The notes: a model not told the origin generated them from the sequence alone. DNA of 64,000 bases from Octopus bimaculoides (GCF_001194135.2 NC_068981.1:176944561-177008560), one strand, 5' to 3'. Counted from the first letter of the stretch, positions 12,358-24,730 are shown. Numbers and translations: made by a program.

Positions 12358-12587
12358 TTAACTCTTTCGTCACCATATTTCTGTCAGCATGTAATGCTTT
12401 GTTTTAATTAATTTTGAAAGTAATGAAGAATTTAGTTAAATAACTTTGTCACTCTTCAACTGTAGTCAGAACACAAATTCACATGGAATTTTGATGGAAA
12501 GGTTTAATTTAGTTAAATGTAAAAACAGAACTTGTAACATAGAAACAGGGGTGGTTTGGGACAGGTTGGTATCAAAAGGATTTAATA
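12358..12587. mobile_element. piggyBac-like MITE, diverged
   Basis: TTAACTCTTTCG...GGTATCAAAAGGATTTAA. The body is similar to 35944-36157 and to the partial copies at ~5420-5545 and ~18330-18570. Confidence 0.55.
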
Positions 12588-12710
12588 AGCATTGTGGTCA
12601 ATATGGTTGTCTAAATCCCTGAAAGTGGTGCTTTAGGATAGCTGCAAAACACTGACTGAAACCTGTAAAAGGATAAAAGAGTATTGAATGACAATCCTAG
12701 AATATTTAAA

Positions 12711-12900
12711 GTGCCGGTGGCCTGTAAAAAGCACCCATTACACTCTTAGAGTGGATGGCATTAGGAAGGGCATTCAACTGTAGAAACCATACCAAATCAG
12801 ACAGGAAATTGGTGCAGCTCTCCAGCTTACCAGCTCCAGTCAAACCATCTAACCCATGCCAGCATAGAAAGCAGATGCTAAATGATAATGATGATGATAA
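12711..12900 (+). mobile_element. Retroposon family C, 5'-truncated
   Basis: GGCATTAGGAAGGGCATTCAACTGTAGAAAC...CCCATGCCAGCATAGAAAGCAGATGCTAAATGATAATGATGAT. Confidence 0.85.
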
Positions 12901-13360
12901 CATTATACATGATATTACTTTTTTTTTTACATGACCAAACAAGGTCAGAATCATGTGATCCGGTGGTCTCGGTGCTGGAGATAGTGAGGATTTATCTTCC
13001 TACTAGCAATATAAACAAGAGTACATTTTGCACTAAAAAAGCCAATATGAGTTTCTCTCATGGTGACTACTGCGGTATAGTTTGTTCGAACAGAACATCC
13101 ATGTTTTAGTGCGGATAAATATTACCTATTAGTATTAATGCTGCTTCTGTTGTTAATAAATATTATAAGAAAGGGGAATAGGCATGTGACAATGATGTCT
13201 TTAGAAGGGCTTTAGCCAGCCAACTGAACGCAAATGTCTACAACTAAGAATTGAATCCAGGTCATTGTCATTGATTCATCTCACTAGGGGGCTACTCTAT
13301 TATAAATAAAATAAAATAAAATAAAATAAAATGGTTGAAGGCAAGTTTGTCTAACTTAAC

Positions 13361-13461
13361 TGATCTGTCTGTTGATAAAGCCAGAATTCTTAAGAGGCAC
13401 TCTGCTGAGTTACAAATATTACTTGGTTGGCTTGATCCGTACCTGACTATTTGGTTAAAAG
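13361..13461 (-). CDS. Candidate internal exon, unidentified - strand gene
   Basis: Open frame FNQIVRYGSSQPSNICNSAECLLRILALSTDRS between AATCCAG and a weak GTTAAG donor. It would join the 9650 exon in phase 0. Confidence 0.3.
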
Positions 13462-13989
13462 CTGGATTACAACCATGATATTGGCGTCATAGTGAGCTCA
13501 CAATATATCTGAACTAATTCATAAGGAAGCAAAATGTAAAATGAAATGAGATAACTGTAAAAGTACCCAGTTTTTGTTTGTTTAAGTTTGATATATATCT
13601 TCATATGAAAGTCAACAAGACAGTAGAATCGTAGAAAATTTTGAACATTCATTTTGTCCTAGTTTTGAAAATCTTAAGAACGAAAAAAACACAGCTGCAA
13701 AATTCCAAGAGAGAATCTTTTTATAATTATACATTTTTTTTTCTATTGTAGATTCTCAGATTGTCAAATATTTTGTTGCATATTAATTTCTTCACATAAA
13801 CATGTAAAGAAATATATATATATACGTGGCTGTGTGGGAAAATGTCAGCTTCTCAACTACATGGTCCTGGGTTCAGTCCCACTGCATGGCACCTCAGGCA
13901 AGTATCTTCCACTCTTGCTAGTATGGAAGACAGAAATTAAATGATGATGATAATATANNNNNNNNNNNNNNNNNNNNNTATATATATAA

Positions 13990-14340
13990 AGGTTAAAGGG
14001 TAAAGACCTCTTTCAGTCACAAATGACCATGGGATTACACCTAGAAACTCCCCCTCTGAGGTACAAGTCCAGGTAAGGTTGTTTATGGAAGAACAGCAGT
14101 CACCCATGCATACCAGCCTCCCCTCTCCACACCACTGATGTTATCCAAGGGAAAGGCAAAGACCGATACAACTTGGCACCATTGACATTGCAACTCATTT
14201 CTTCAGACAAATGAACTGGAGTGATGTGAGATAAAGTGTCTTGCTCAAGAACACAACACACAGCCTAGTCCTTGAATTGAACTCACAACCTCACGATTGT
14301 AAGCCTGATGTTCCAACCACTGAGTCATGCACCTTCCCAT
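13990..14340 (-). mobile_element. SINE with family E head/core and a different (RTE-like) tail
   Basis: The - strand has a tRNA-like head (GAGTTCAATTC), core GTTGTGTTCTTGAGCAAGACACTTTATCTCAC, then a body ending ATCCCATGGTCATTTGTGACTGAAAGAGGTCTTTACCC. Confidence 0.8.
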
Positions 14341-14345
14341 ATACC

Positions 14346-14378
<33 letters not shown>

Positions 14379-14381
<3 letters not shown>

Positions 14382-14588
14382 GGTGGCCCAAAAGTAGGTT
14401 TACAGTTATTCAACTATCTCTTTCATATTCATATATTAACAGTTTAGATCTTAATTACAGAAAAAATATGAAACCATTATTGTATGGTAATTTAGTTAAT
14501 TGTAAGATAAAAATTTAAATGTAGTAAAAAGTTTTAAAAGAAATTTAAAGTGCCTACATGATAACTGTAAACCTACTTTTGGACCACC

Positions 14589-14591
<3 letters not shown>
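14379..14591. mobile_element. Tc1/mariner-type MITE (213 bp) inserted in (TA)n
   Basis: 31-bp TIRs CAGGGTGGCCCAAAAGTAGGTTTACAGTTAT / ATAACTGTAAACCTACTTTTGGACCACCCTG with 1 mismatch, flanked by TA. Confidence 0.9.
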
Positions 14592-14620
<29 letters not shown>

Positions 14621-15184
14621 NNNNNNNNNNNNNNNNNNNNNNNNNNNNNNNNNNNNNNNNNNNNNNNNNNNNNNNNNNNNNNNNNNNNNNNNNNNNNNNN
14701 NNNNNNNNNNNNNNNNNNNNNNNNNNNNNNNNNNNNNNNNNNNNNNNNNNNNNNNNNNNNNNNNNNNNNNNNNNNNNNNNNNNNNNNNNNNNNNNNNNNN
14801 NNNNNNNNNNNNNNNNNNNNNNNNNNNNNNNNNNNNNNNNNNNNNNNNNNNNNNNNNNNNNNNNNNNNNNNNNNNNNNNNNNNNNNNNNNNNNNNNNNNN
14901 NNNNNNNNNNNNNNNNNNNNNNNNNNNNNNNNNNNNNNNNNNNNNNNNNNNNNNNNNNNNNNNNNNNNNNNNNNNNNNNNNNNNNNNNNNNNNNNNNNNN
15001 NNNNNNNNNNNNNNNNNNNNNNNNNNNNNNNNNNNNNNNNNNNNNNNNNNNNNNNNNNNNNNNNNNNNNNNNNNNNNNNNNNNNNNNNNNNNNNNNNNNN
15101 NNNNNNNNNNNNNNNNNNNNNNNNNNNNNNNNNNNNNNNNNNNNNNNNNNNNNNNNNNNNNNNNNNNNNNNNNNNNNNNNNNNN

Positions 15185-15575
15185 CATCATCGTTTAACGT
15201 CCACTTTCCATGTTAGCATGGGTTGGACGATTTGACTGAGGACTGGTGAAACCGGATGGCAACACCAGGCTCGAATCTGATTTGGCAGAGTTTCTACAGC
15301 TGGATGCCCTTCCTAATGCCAACCACTTCGAGAGTGTAGTGGGTGCTTTTACGTGCCACTGGCAAGAAGGCCAGTCAGGTGGTACTGGCAACAGCCATGC
15401 TCAAAATGGTGTATTGTATGTGCCACCTGCACAGGAGCCAGTCCAGCAGCACTGGCAATGATCTCGCTCGAATGACTTTTCACGTGCCACCGGCACAAGT
15501 GCCAGAAAGGCGACGCTGGTAACGATCACGCTCGAACGGTGCTCTTAGTGCTCCACTGGTACAGGTGCCATCAGG
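15185..15575 (-). mobile_element. Retroposon family C
   Basis: CATCATCGTTTAACGTCCACTTTCCATG...CTGGATGCCCTTCCTAATGCCAACCAC with internal GTGCCACCGGCAC subrepeats. Confidence 0.9.
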
Positions 15576-15674
15576 ATTTTGCTATATATATATATATATA
15601 TAATATACACACATTCACACACACACACACATGACAAGACCCACCCACATCAGCATCGGTTGTGCATTTAATTT

Positions 15675-15707
<33 letters not shown>

Positions 15708-15769
15708 ATGTGTGCGTGTAATACTTGTGCACATAGATTTTCTCGATTAGGGTTGTCCTGGGATCCACA

Positions 15770-16010
15770 TATCACCAACAACAACTACCACAAAAATTAT
15801 TCAAAGTGATGTGGCAGAGGAAAATACTACACATCATATCAAAAGAATTATACTCCTGGTTCGGTCTTAATTTTCTCAGGAAGAATTTTGTTTTATTTGA
15901 TATCTCTTCTGTACATTTAATAAAAGGTCACCAGAGCGGAAGTATTTCAGGTCTTTTCCTCTCTTTGACACTTGTTGTTTCAAACTAATATAGACAATAA
16001 TTTAGTTTCG
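15770..16010 (-). mobile_element. Possible decayed Penelope-like ORF fragment
   Basis: One frame reads FETTSVKERKRPEILPLW*PFIKCTEEISNKTKFFLRKLRPNQEYNSF, reminiscent of the LPY/F...SE.I...L.K segment that follows Penelope RT. The resemblance is by eye only. Confidence 0.25.
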
Positions 16011-16342
16011 ATAATAATATAAATAAAAACTACTTTCGGAATTGTTAGTATTTAGATTCAGATTTTTTATATTTTCTTTTNNNNNNNNNNNNNNNNNNNN
16101 NNNNNNNNNNNNNNNNNNNNNNNNNNNNNNNNNNNNNNNNNNNNNNNNNNNNNNNNNNNNNNNNNNNNNNNNNNNNNNNNNNNNNNNNNNNNNNNNNNNN
16201 NNNNNNNNNNNNNNNNNNNNNNNNNNNNNNNNNNNNNNNNNNNNNNNNNNNNGGTACTATAGTAATTGATGTGATTTTTTTTTTTCCAGAGTGAACAAAG
16301 ACAATTTATTATGTACTTTTTTTTTATATATACTGTACTCAC

Positions 16343-16369
16343 CTCCCTGACAAAAGACGCCTCCCCCAA
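16343..16369 (-). CDS. Candidate 27-nt micro-exon
   Basis: Strong acceptor TTTCTTTTCCTGTTTCATGTTTTTTAG and donor GAG|GTGAGT. Frame-preserving; reads LGEASFVRE in phase 0. Confidence 0.5.
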
Positions 16370-16538
16370 CTAAAAAACATGAAACAGGAAAAGAAATAAA
16401 CTATCTTATATTAATGAGAAAATAGAGTAATATTTATTTATCTATGATAATTGTTGTTGTTTATTTTCTTTCTTTTGATTTTTCTTTTTTTTTTCTGTCA
16501 TGAAGAAGATAGAACAAAATTGTAGGGAAATAATTGAC

Positions 16539-16613
16539 TTTGAACAAAGAAATGAAAGACTCTTGCTGAGCAAGGTTTGTTGCAGCGATAGTAAAAGCCT
16601 CTGGGCTAGATAA
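16539..16613 (-). CDS. Candidate 75-nt exon
   Basis: Acceptor CTTTTACTTCTATTCACCAG and frame LSSPEAFTIAATNLAQQESFISLFK. The donor GTCAAT is atypical. Confidence 0.35.
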
Positions 16614-17559
16614 CTGGTGAATAGAAGTAAAAGTTAGACACACCCTTAACACAACAAATTATGTACAAGTGTGTAATCTTCTCCTGTACCAGATGTCTAG
16701 TTGTTTGGTCAGCAGTATTGTGAACTAATATGAAGTCATTAGGTGACACACTTACTTCAAAAGGCAAATTGTGGTTGGGGAAAGTGGGGGAATTTAGTAG
16801 AACAGGTGATAAAAGAGAGAGAAAATATCATCGCAATAAAGCCACATTGAGAAACTACAAACACTGTGTTTCCAAGGAAACAACACCAACAGCAATGTCT
16901 AAATCAAATCTGTTAGCTGCACTTATTTTCTGTTTGTTTATATAAAGCATTTAACATAATTTCACTGGTTGTATAGCATTAACGATATCAGACCATCAAA
17001 ATAACTTTTAAAAAAAATAGTATGTTAGAAACTTATTGGTTAAGTTACATAATTCCTGACCTATTAGTTCTGAGTTCAAATCCTATTAGAAACACTGTTA
17101 TATATTTTCATCAGACACTTCTTATTACTTGAAATTTAATATCTGTTTTATTGAGATACAAGAAAAAAAAGAGGGTGGGTATCCAGTCACAGAAACCACT
17201 CCAAAATTGATGTGTTGAGGTAAGATATGTTCCTCTTACCTATTGGATCCTGTGGAACTGTACAGCTCATGCTAATATGGAAAGTGGTTGTTAAATGATG
17301 AGGAAACATATTCTGTGCTAGGAATAACACTCTAACTGTAAGCATCTTCATTCAGTGGCAGATGCAAAATTTAGATTTACAAATGCACTCAACCTTCTTT
17401 CTTCATTAAAACTGAAATGGACAGAGGGTTTAAGAAAAAAAAAGCGTGATATTAGCTGAGAAGAACTTTTATCGCAAGCAGAGTTTACAAAAATCCCCAG
17501 ATTCCTATCAGCCTCTAGGAAAGCTCATTATCATTGTTTCAACAATTGCTTTTCTATGC

Positions 17560-18230
17560 TAGCATTGGTTGGCAAGCCCTCTGAGCAGTTCATAGACTTT
17601 ATATCATAGTAGATCTTACTGCTGGTGCTCACTATTGCTCTACATCTGAAGTCCTGCTCTCTGTCAGTCAACCAGAAATGCTACTGCATCATTTGTGTTC
17701 TGCATCATTTGTTCAATATTTGAGCACACAATATCGCGTTCTTATTACTTGGTAAGTTATTCAGTTCTGTAATAACACTGGGATTGTCTGCTCTCTGTTA
17801 TAAGAACTTTGATCTTTGCTTGGTTGACTGTTAAGCCTTTGTACTCTAGATCAGGGGTTTTCAAACTGTGGTCCACGGACCACAGGGGGTCCGCAAGGAC
17901 AAGACAGGGGGTCCGTGGACAGCAAATACTTTTTATGGGTAATTTGATTTTAAATATGTTTTTTAATCGAAATCTTTTAATTGACAATAAACCTATTTGT
18001 TAAATACTGTTAAATAAATAAATGTAAAAATATATGTTATTTTAAGCAAATATTTATGTATAAATTTCATAAGGTAAAGCCTGAAATATAAAGGGGTTCG
18101 CAAGTCAAAAAGTTTGAAAACCCCTGCTCTAGATGATTATTTCAGGGTTAAGATTTTTGTTTCTGCTGCACTTTGATAGATTGAACAACGAGAACCAGGT
18201 CATTACCATCTAAATGTTCCTCAGGATATC
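17560..18230 (-). mobile_element. Decayed LINE RT fragment interrupted by a hAT MITE
   Basis: LDGNDLVLVVQS (degenerate YADDLVL) lies right of the MITE and LEYKGLTVNQAKIKVL (GLxVNxxKTKVL motif) lies left of it. The two are colinear once the MITE is removed. Confidence 0.6.
17852..18126. mobile_element. hAT (Charlie-like) MITE, 275 bp
   Basis: Perfect 16-bp TIRs CAGGGGTTTTCAAACT / AGTTTGAAAACCCCTG and perfect 8-bp TSD CTCTAGAT. Confidence 0.95.
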
Positions 18231-18711
18231 TAAGTCTGAAATCCTGTATTATTGTCTCGAATGCAGGATAGGACTGCTTTGCTTTCAAGATGTAACTGTT
18301 TATTTTAATATTTAATTGTGTTTGTATATAGCTGTAAATTTGAGTTGTTATAATTCTGAGCTGAACTTGCTACCATATTTTTGTTGAAATATATTGCCTT
18401 TGTTTTATTTAATTTTGAAAATAACAATGAATTTAATAAAATAACTCTGTAACTATCAAGGCGATATGAAATTTTGATGGAAGGTTTTGAATTTAAATCT
18501 CAGTAACACAAGAAGTTTGTACCATAAAACCAGAAGCATTCTCAGACCAATTGGTATCAAAAAGGTTAAAATTGTTTACACTAGAGTAGAGTGTCTTTTC
18601 ATAAATGCGATAGTTTTCAATTATGAAAACTCTTTATCATTGTATAAAAATGATGTACTGGCAATATTTCAAGCTGAGAGCGAAATTCAAGTTCAGTAAT
18701 TCTCACTTTTA

Positions 18712-18714
18712 TCA

Positions 18715-18787
<73 letters not shown>

Positions 18788-18815
18788 CATGATGATGATG
18801 ATGATGATGATGATG
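18712..18815. repeat. Compound (TAT)n-(GAT)n microsatellite
   Basis: Visible directly. Confidence 0.95.
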
Positions 18816-20183
18816 TGTCATTACCAAATTTTTCCATTTTCAATCATCCAAATAACAAGGAGTTTGGAAATATGGGTTGTTTGATTGAGAGATTAGAAGA
18901 ATTTTAAAAACTGAAAATAGAATAAACATGATTTGCAGAAAAAGTCTTGATGCAAGTCCATATTGAGAATACTTATACATGTCTCCTACTTCTTATATTA
19001 ATGAAGCTCTCAATAATTTATAGTAGTGAACTGTATTTCCTACAGTATTCTTTAACACCTAAGCATACCAAACTAATTCAATGTCTTTATCATGAATGTA
19101 GTAAAATGTCATTGATAAGATATGAACCATTGTTTCTTCAACTGCTGAAGAGTTACTCTACCAATTCAGCTGGTTATATCCTCTCACAAATTAATTAAGA
19201 TACATAGATATATAATATTAGGAAATATTTAACCTATAGTACTAAGAAAATATGAAAAAAGAGAGAAAAGAGATAAGGAAACTGAAAGAAATTATAATTA
19301 AGACCTCATCTATTAGATTTATTCTGACATCAAGAGTTATTTATATTAATCTGAATAGTATTAAAAGAAAAGGCAAAATAATTTTTTTTTTCCTTTAAAT
19401 TAATGAATTGAGTCATGTCATTAATGTTACGACTATGTTCAAAAGTAAGTAAACACACACACATCACCAATCTTTAGATCAATGCCACAAGTCTGAGACA
19501 TATGTAACAACAGTAAAATACATTTTAAAATTTACCTACACCTGTCAAATCTCACACTGTGTACATATGTACACTCTATTACATTCTGGTAACCTTGATC
19601 CGTGGTCATCTTTTGTAGTTATACAAACAACATCTCTTTCACAATCACAGTATTACATGAACAGATATTAAACAGTCTCATGTATGCATGTCATCACATA
19701 CACTGTGATTATTCTGAAGCAGTCCACCCTCTTGAAATTGCTTCACCTGGTAACAAGGCTACTTCCTTGCAAATGTCTACCTGCTTTCAGTTCTTTATAT
19801 TTTCTGTTGACCTAGAGTAATTTTAAATCATGACAAAATTCTCTCAACCTGCCTTCTAAAGTACTCATCACCCTTCTTAGTAAACACACACACACACAAG
19901 CAAACAATATATTAAGAAAAGAAAAGAAAAAAAAAGTATAACTATTTTATGTCCATTTTCTTATGTCATCCTACTTCAGAAAAACTTAAATTGAAAAAAA
20001 ACACAATGGAAAATGTAAGAAAATGATACACCAGTAACTATAAAACAATAATAAAAAAAGGAAAGGAAAACCTTGCAACCAAACAATACTTTATTTATCT
20101 TTTGTTTATCTCTTCAAACCTCTGCTTTCTCACTCTCAAACAACCATCATTTTTTTCTGCCCCAACTTTACACAATGAAAGTA

Positions 20184-20214
<31 letters not shown>

Positions 20215-21031
20215 GTATATATATATACATATACATAGATATATATACATANNNNNNNNNNNNNNNNNNNNNNNNNNNNNNNNNNNNNNNNNNNNNNNNN
20301 NNNNNNNNNNNNNNNNNNNNNNNNNNNNNNNNNNNNNNNNNNNNNNNNNNNNNNNNNNNNNNNNNNNNNNNNNNNNNNNNNNNNNNNNNNNNNNNNNNNN
20401 NNNNNNNNNNNNNNNNNNNNNNNNNNNNNNNNNNNNNNNNNNNNNNNNNNNNNNNNNNNNNNNNNNNNNNNNNNNNNNNNNNNNNNNNNNNNNNNNNNNN
20501 NNNNNNNNNNNNNNNNNNNNNNNNNNNNNNNNNNNNNNNNNNNNNNNNNNNNNNNNNNNNNNNNNNNNNNNNNNNNNNNNNNNNNNNNNNNNNNNNNNNN
20601 NNNNNNNNNNNNNNNNNNNNNNNNNNNNNNNNNNNNNNNNNNNNNNNNNNNNNNNNNNNNNNNNNNNNNNNNNNNNNNNNNNNNNNNNNNNNNNNNNNNN
20701 NNNNNNNNNNNNNNNNNNNNNNNNNNNNNNNNNNNNNNNNNNNNNNNNNNNNNNNNNNNNNNNNNNNNNNNNNNNNNNNNNNNNNNNNNNNNNNNNNNNN
20801 NNNNNNNNNNNNNNNNNNNNNNTAAAAATCTGTGATTTGTGAAAGACTAACTTTTAAATCTTAACTCGTCTTCTTGTAGTAAAAGTATGTAAAGGGTGCT
20901 TTGAGTAGAAATAAATAAACAAAATCTTTGTTTTTATGTGGCAAAAAAAAAGATTGGAAAAACAGCAACAAATTCCATAACAACAATAAACCATTTCCAG
21001 TCAAACAGTTCTTATCAATAACTTTATTTAC

Positions 21032-21065
21032 CTTTCATTTATTAAGATGGTGTGGAACCAGCATT
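21032..21065 (-). CDS. Candidate 34-nt exon
   Basis: Acceptor GTATACTTTCAG and donor AAG|GTAAAT. Only one frame is open: CWFHTILINE (phase 1 to 2). Confidence 0.45.
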
Positions 21066-21279
21066 CTGAAAGTATACACAACAAAAATACTGTTAAGGAC
21101 CTAACACAGTAGCGTGTTGAATTTCTTTGTTCACATTTTTAAATTGACTCTAATTTGGAAATTTGTCATTTGTTTATTTGTCAGTCTTATGTTCTTCATT
21201 CTGTTTATTTGTTAACCATAAGGTTTCATTTCATATGAAACATAGTTAAGTCAATGAATAACAACAATTTTATTCTTAC

Positions 21280-21290
21280 TTAAAATATGT
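21280..21290 (-). CDS. Candidate 11-nt micro-exon
   Basis: TTTTCTTCATATTCATTTAG|ACATATTTTAA|GTAAGA. Phase-compatible with both 23359-23438 and 21032-21065. Confidence 0.25.
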
Positions 21291-22824
21291 CTAAATGAAT
21301 ATGAAGAAAATAATTACAACACGTACATATGCTTAATGCTTTGGTCTATCTGCTCACTGTTTTACTGTTGTTATCTATAGGTTTTATTTCAACATAACAG
21401 ACACTATCTCTTCATAACAGAAGAACAGAGACAGCTGTGAAAATAGCCCTAATGAAGTAAATGTTATTGACTTTTCAGTTAGAATTCATTCTGACAATTA
21501 GGAATATTTCCAAGATTCTGAGATGTTTGTCAGAAAGTAAAACAGGATTTGTTATATTGTGGTTATCATAGCTAAAACAGTAAACAAACTGTTCTTATTT
21601 TGTCACACAAATAAAGGGCTTAATATTTCTCCTATTAAATTCAATAAATAAAAAGAACTTGCTTTAATATAACTCGTCTTTGACAAATTATAACACTTCC
21701 CATATGGTTTACTTTATTATTTATCTATTCTTTTTTCTTTTCTTTTCTTTTTTTTTATTGTATTGCAACTATCTTCTTAGTATTTCTCCACAAGTTTTTA
21801 TAGAAGCAACACATGCTCTGATCACTCAAGAGTCTGATTTACTCCTCCTGTTATTAATTATCTATTTTCTATTATCAAGAGCTTTATCCCCTCTTAAATT
21901 GTATATTTCTCACTATACATTCTTTTCTTTGTACTTCAAATCCAATCAAAGAAGCAGAGAAGAAACATCAGTCTCTAGATTGTAGGTTGCACTCGGTCTT
22001 CAAAAAGCTCCTTCAACAGCCTCACATTATTCAAAGAAACCAAGTTGGTGCTCATCGCATACAAGAAGAAAATTCTTATTTATATACCTCTCTTTTTTTT
22101 TCTTTTATATTTTCTATTTCTATCAGTTTTCCTCAGATCTCATCAACTATGAAAGAACATCTATTTCTCTTCATAGCTAAGACTACTTGTTGCATCAGGT
22201 GTCATTTAACAAGCAGATCTATTCTTCTGCTCAAACTACAAATAAAAATCACACATTTCAGACAAAACCTCTAACTACCAGAAGTCTCAAAGCAAAAAAT
22301 GGTTTGATTCTGATCCAACATTTCCTTCATTTTACAATAAATATTATCACATCACCAAAGACTGATGTGGAGGAAAGGGTTTGATGCACCTGTGACATTT
22401 TCCTGGCTAAAAAAATTTTTTTTAATTTCATCCTACCCCTTTCTGAAGAATAAAAAAATTACAGTGTTTTACTGCTAGAATATAGAAAGGACATTGAAAG
22501 TGAGGTGTTTATTAGCTTAATCACTTTCATGAATAAATAAAGCCAGAGCTTTTACTCAAGATTATTATTGTTCCAATTTTTGTCTTGTTTTGACTTATGC
22601 AATGAGAACCACATACAGTCTCATATAGAGAACCACATGTAGTCAAGCTATCAGAATATTAGCCTAGCAGCCAATGTGTAAAGTATTCAGTTCAGCACCC
22701 ACTTTGAAGAATATAGCTGGTAGTAAGCCTAGATCATTTTGTCACAAACAGATACTATAAGAAGGTGCACCTCACTGCTCTAGGAAACAAGTGTACTGTA
22801 TATGAACATGGAAAAGAATTCAAG

Positions 22825-22963
22825 GGCATCCAGCTGTAGAAACACTACCAGATCAGACTGGAGCCTGGTGCAGCCTCCTGGCTTCCCAGACCCCCGGTCA
22901 AACCGTCCAACCCATGCTAGCATGGAAAACGGACGTTAAACGATGATGAGGATGATGATGATG
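22825..22963 (+). mobile_element. Retroposon family C, 5'-truncated
   Basis: GGGCATCCAGCTGTAGAAAC...CCCATGCTAGCATGGAAAACGGACGTTAAACGATGATG. Confidence 0.9.
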
Positions 22964-22989
22964 ACACACGCACACATACATCATACATA

Positions 22990-23284
22990 CATGATCGACT
23001 CTCCCATTGAAGATATCATGTGTGTTTGGCTTTTGTTGAACGATCTGCACAAATGATTTGTTTAGTATAATCAAATGTTTGTGCTGAACATTACCTCACT
23101 CTCTCCATCAAATCAATGTTGTTTGAACAGGTGCACAATGTACCATGTGTCAGGTGTCAAAGTGATTACAGATTAACATGGGATGAGGTGTTTTGCTCAA
23201 GAACACAACATACCACCCAGTCTAGGAATTGAAATCACAATTGCTAGACCGTGAGTGCAATGCCCTAACCACTAAGTCATGCGC

Positions 23285-23290
<6 letters not shown>
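22990..23290 (-). mobile_element. SINE with family E head/core and a third body type
   Basis: + strand TTGCTCAAGAACACAAC...GGAATTGAAATCACAA...CCCTAACCACTAAGTCATGCGCCCTC is the reversed tRNA-like head. Confidence 0.7.
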
Positions 23291-23329
<39 letters not shown>

Positions 23330-23351
23330 TACATACATACATACCTCTCTC

Positions 23352-23438
23352 TTATGACTCGATTTCCTGTCTCCAATCCTCAAAGTATGAAAGTTTTTCA
23401 TATTCTGTTAGAAGACCAGGGACAATAAAATTAGAGTT
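23352..23438 (-). CDS. Candidate exon (terminal, or internal via a weak donor at 23358)
   Basis: Acceptor ACTACATTTCAG. Only phase 0 is open: NSNFIVPGLLTEYEKLSYFEDWRQEIES*. Confidence 0.35.
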   Translation of the reverse strand, partial: NSNFIVPGLLTEYEKLSYFEDWRQEIES

Positions 23439-23830
23439 CTGAAATGTAGTGTTAGCTTCAATAAATATAATACTCCACCTTTGTTATGGAGTACTTTTTT
23501 CTCTGTTACCCTCTCTTTTAGACTCATGTGTTTTGCACACACACGCACACACAAATTCATTTCCAAAATATTCAGTTTTTCGTTGATATACCACCTGAGA
23601 ACCACTTGTTTAGCTTAAAACTTAAAGTGATTGGTGATAGAACAGCAGTCATGTACATGTATATACATACACACACACACACACTCACACACGCGCACAC
23701 ACACACACACACACACATTTAATATCTGTCATCAGGTGACTAAACATTTTAAATGTTATCGGCCATACTGGAAGAATTAAGGTTGCTATACTCTTAAAAA
23801 GGCTATGGCTAAGTTAACATAATAAGATAC

Positions 23831-23876
23831 CAGCAAATCTAATGACAGATTGGACAGCTTAATCCTATTCTTCTTT
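23831..23876 (-). CDS. Candidate 46-nt exon
   Basis: CTATTCAG|...|GTATCT, reading KKNRIKLSNLSLDLL and ending in phase 0, compatible with 23438. The pyrimidine tract is weak. Confidence 0.25.
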
Positions 23877-24262
23877 CTGAATAGTTCATGTAACCTCACT
23901 TCAATTGTCCTTTTCCTCTTGCCATTTCTGCCAATTCGATCTCTTTCTTCATTTATTCAGATTTATATTTTTTCTTTCTTTTTTTTTCTTTCCATCTTTT
24001 TGTATTTCTTTCTGATTCTTGTTACCTTCCTCTGAAAAACATTCCAATGAAAGACATAATTTTAAAAAAAGACTGTTTAGCTCAAATTATTATAACTGTT
24101 TTGCTTTGTTTTTCTGAGTTTTTATTTTTGTTATTTTTATTTTTCTGCCATTTATTTCTTGTTAAAGATTTTAAAATCAATATCATTAAAGACAAATGCA
24201 CTTTTGATACAATTATTACTGTCATCATTTCAAGATTAGTATTATTGTTGTTGTTGTTGTTA

Positions 24263-24730
24263 AGATGGTGAGCTGACAGACTCATTAACATGCTGGGCAA
24301 AATGCTTGGTGGCATTTCAGCCATCTTTATGTTGGAGTTCAAATTCTCATTTCTTTATTGCCCACAAGGGGCTAAACATAGAGGGAACAAACAAGGACAG
24401 ACGAACGGATTAAGTCGATTACATCGACCCCAGTGCGTAACTGGTACTTAATTTATCGACCCCGAAAGGATGAAAGGCAAAGTCGACCTCGGCGGAATTT
24501 GAACTCAGAACGTAATGGCAGACGAAATACCGCTAAGCATTTCGCCCGGCGTGCTAACGATTCTGCCAGCTAGCCGCTTTCTTCAAATTCTGGTGAGGTC
24601 AACTTTGCCCTGTCATCCTTTCAGGGTTGGTAAAATAAGTACCAGTTGATTACTGGAGGTTCAATGTAATCAGCCTAGCCTTTCTCCCGAAAATGATGAC
24701 CATGTGCCAAAATTTGAAATCACAATTATT
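24263..24730 (+). mobile_element. Old family B-related SINE interrupted by a young antisense B copy
   Basis: The head GGTGAGCTGACAGA...GAGTTCAAATTC resumes after 24591 as TGGTGAGGTCAACTTTGCC. Confidence 0.75.
24348..24581 (-). mobile_element. SINE family B, young full copy
   Basis: CpG-intact copy with 10-bp TSD TTCAAATTCT at 24338-24347 and 24582-24591. Confidence 0.92.

Noticed and set aside
16756-16854. - strand segment with a strong GTAAGT donor
   Set aside because: All three frames contain stops from the nearest acceptor.
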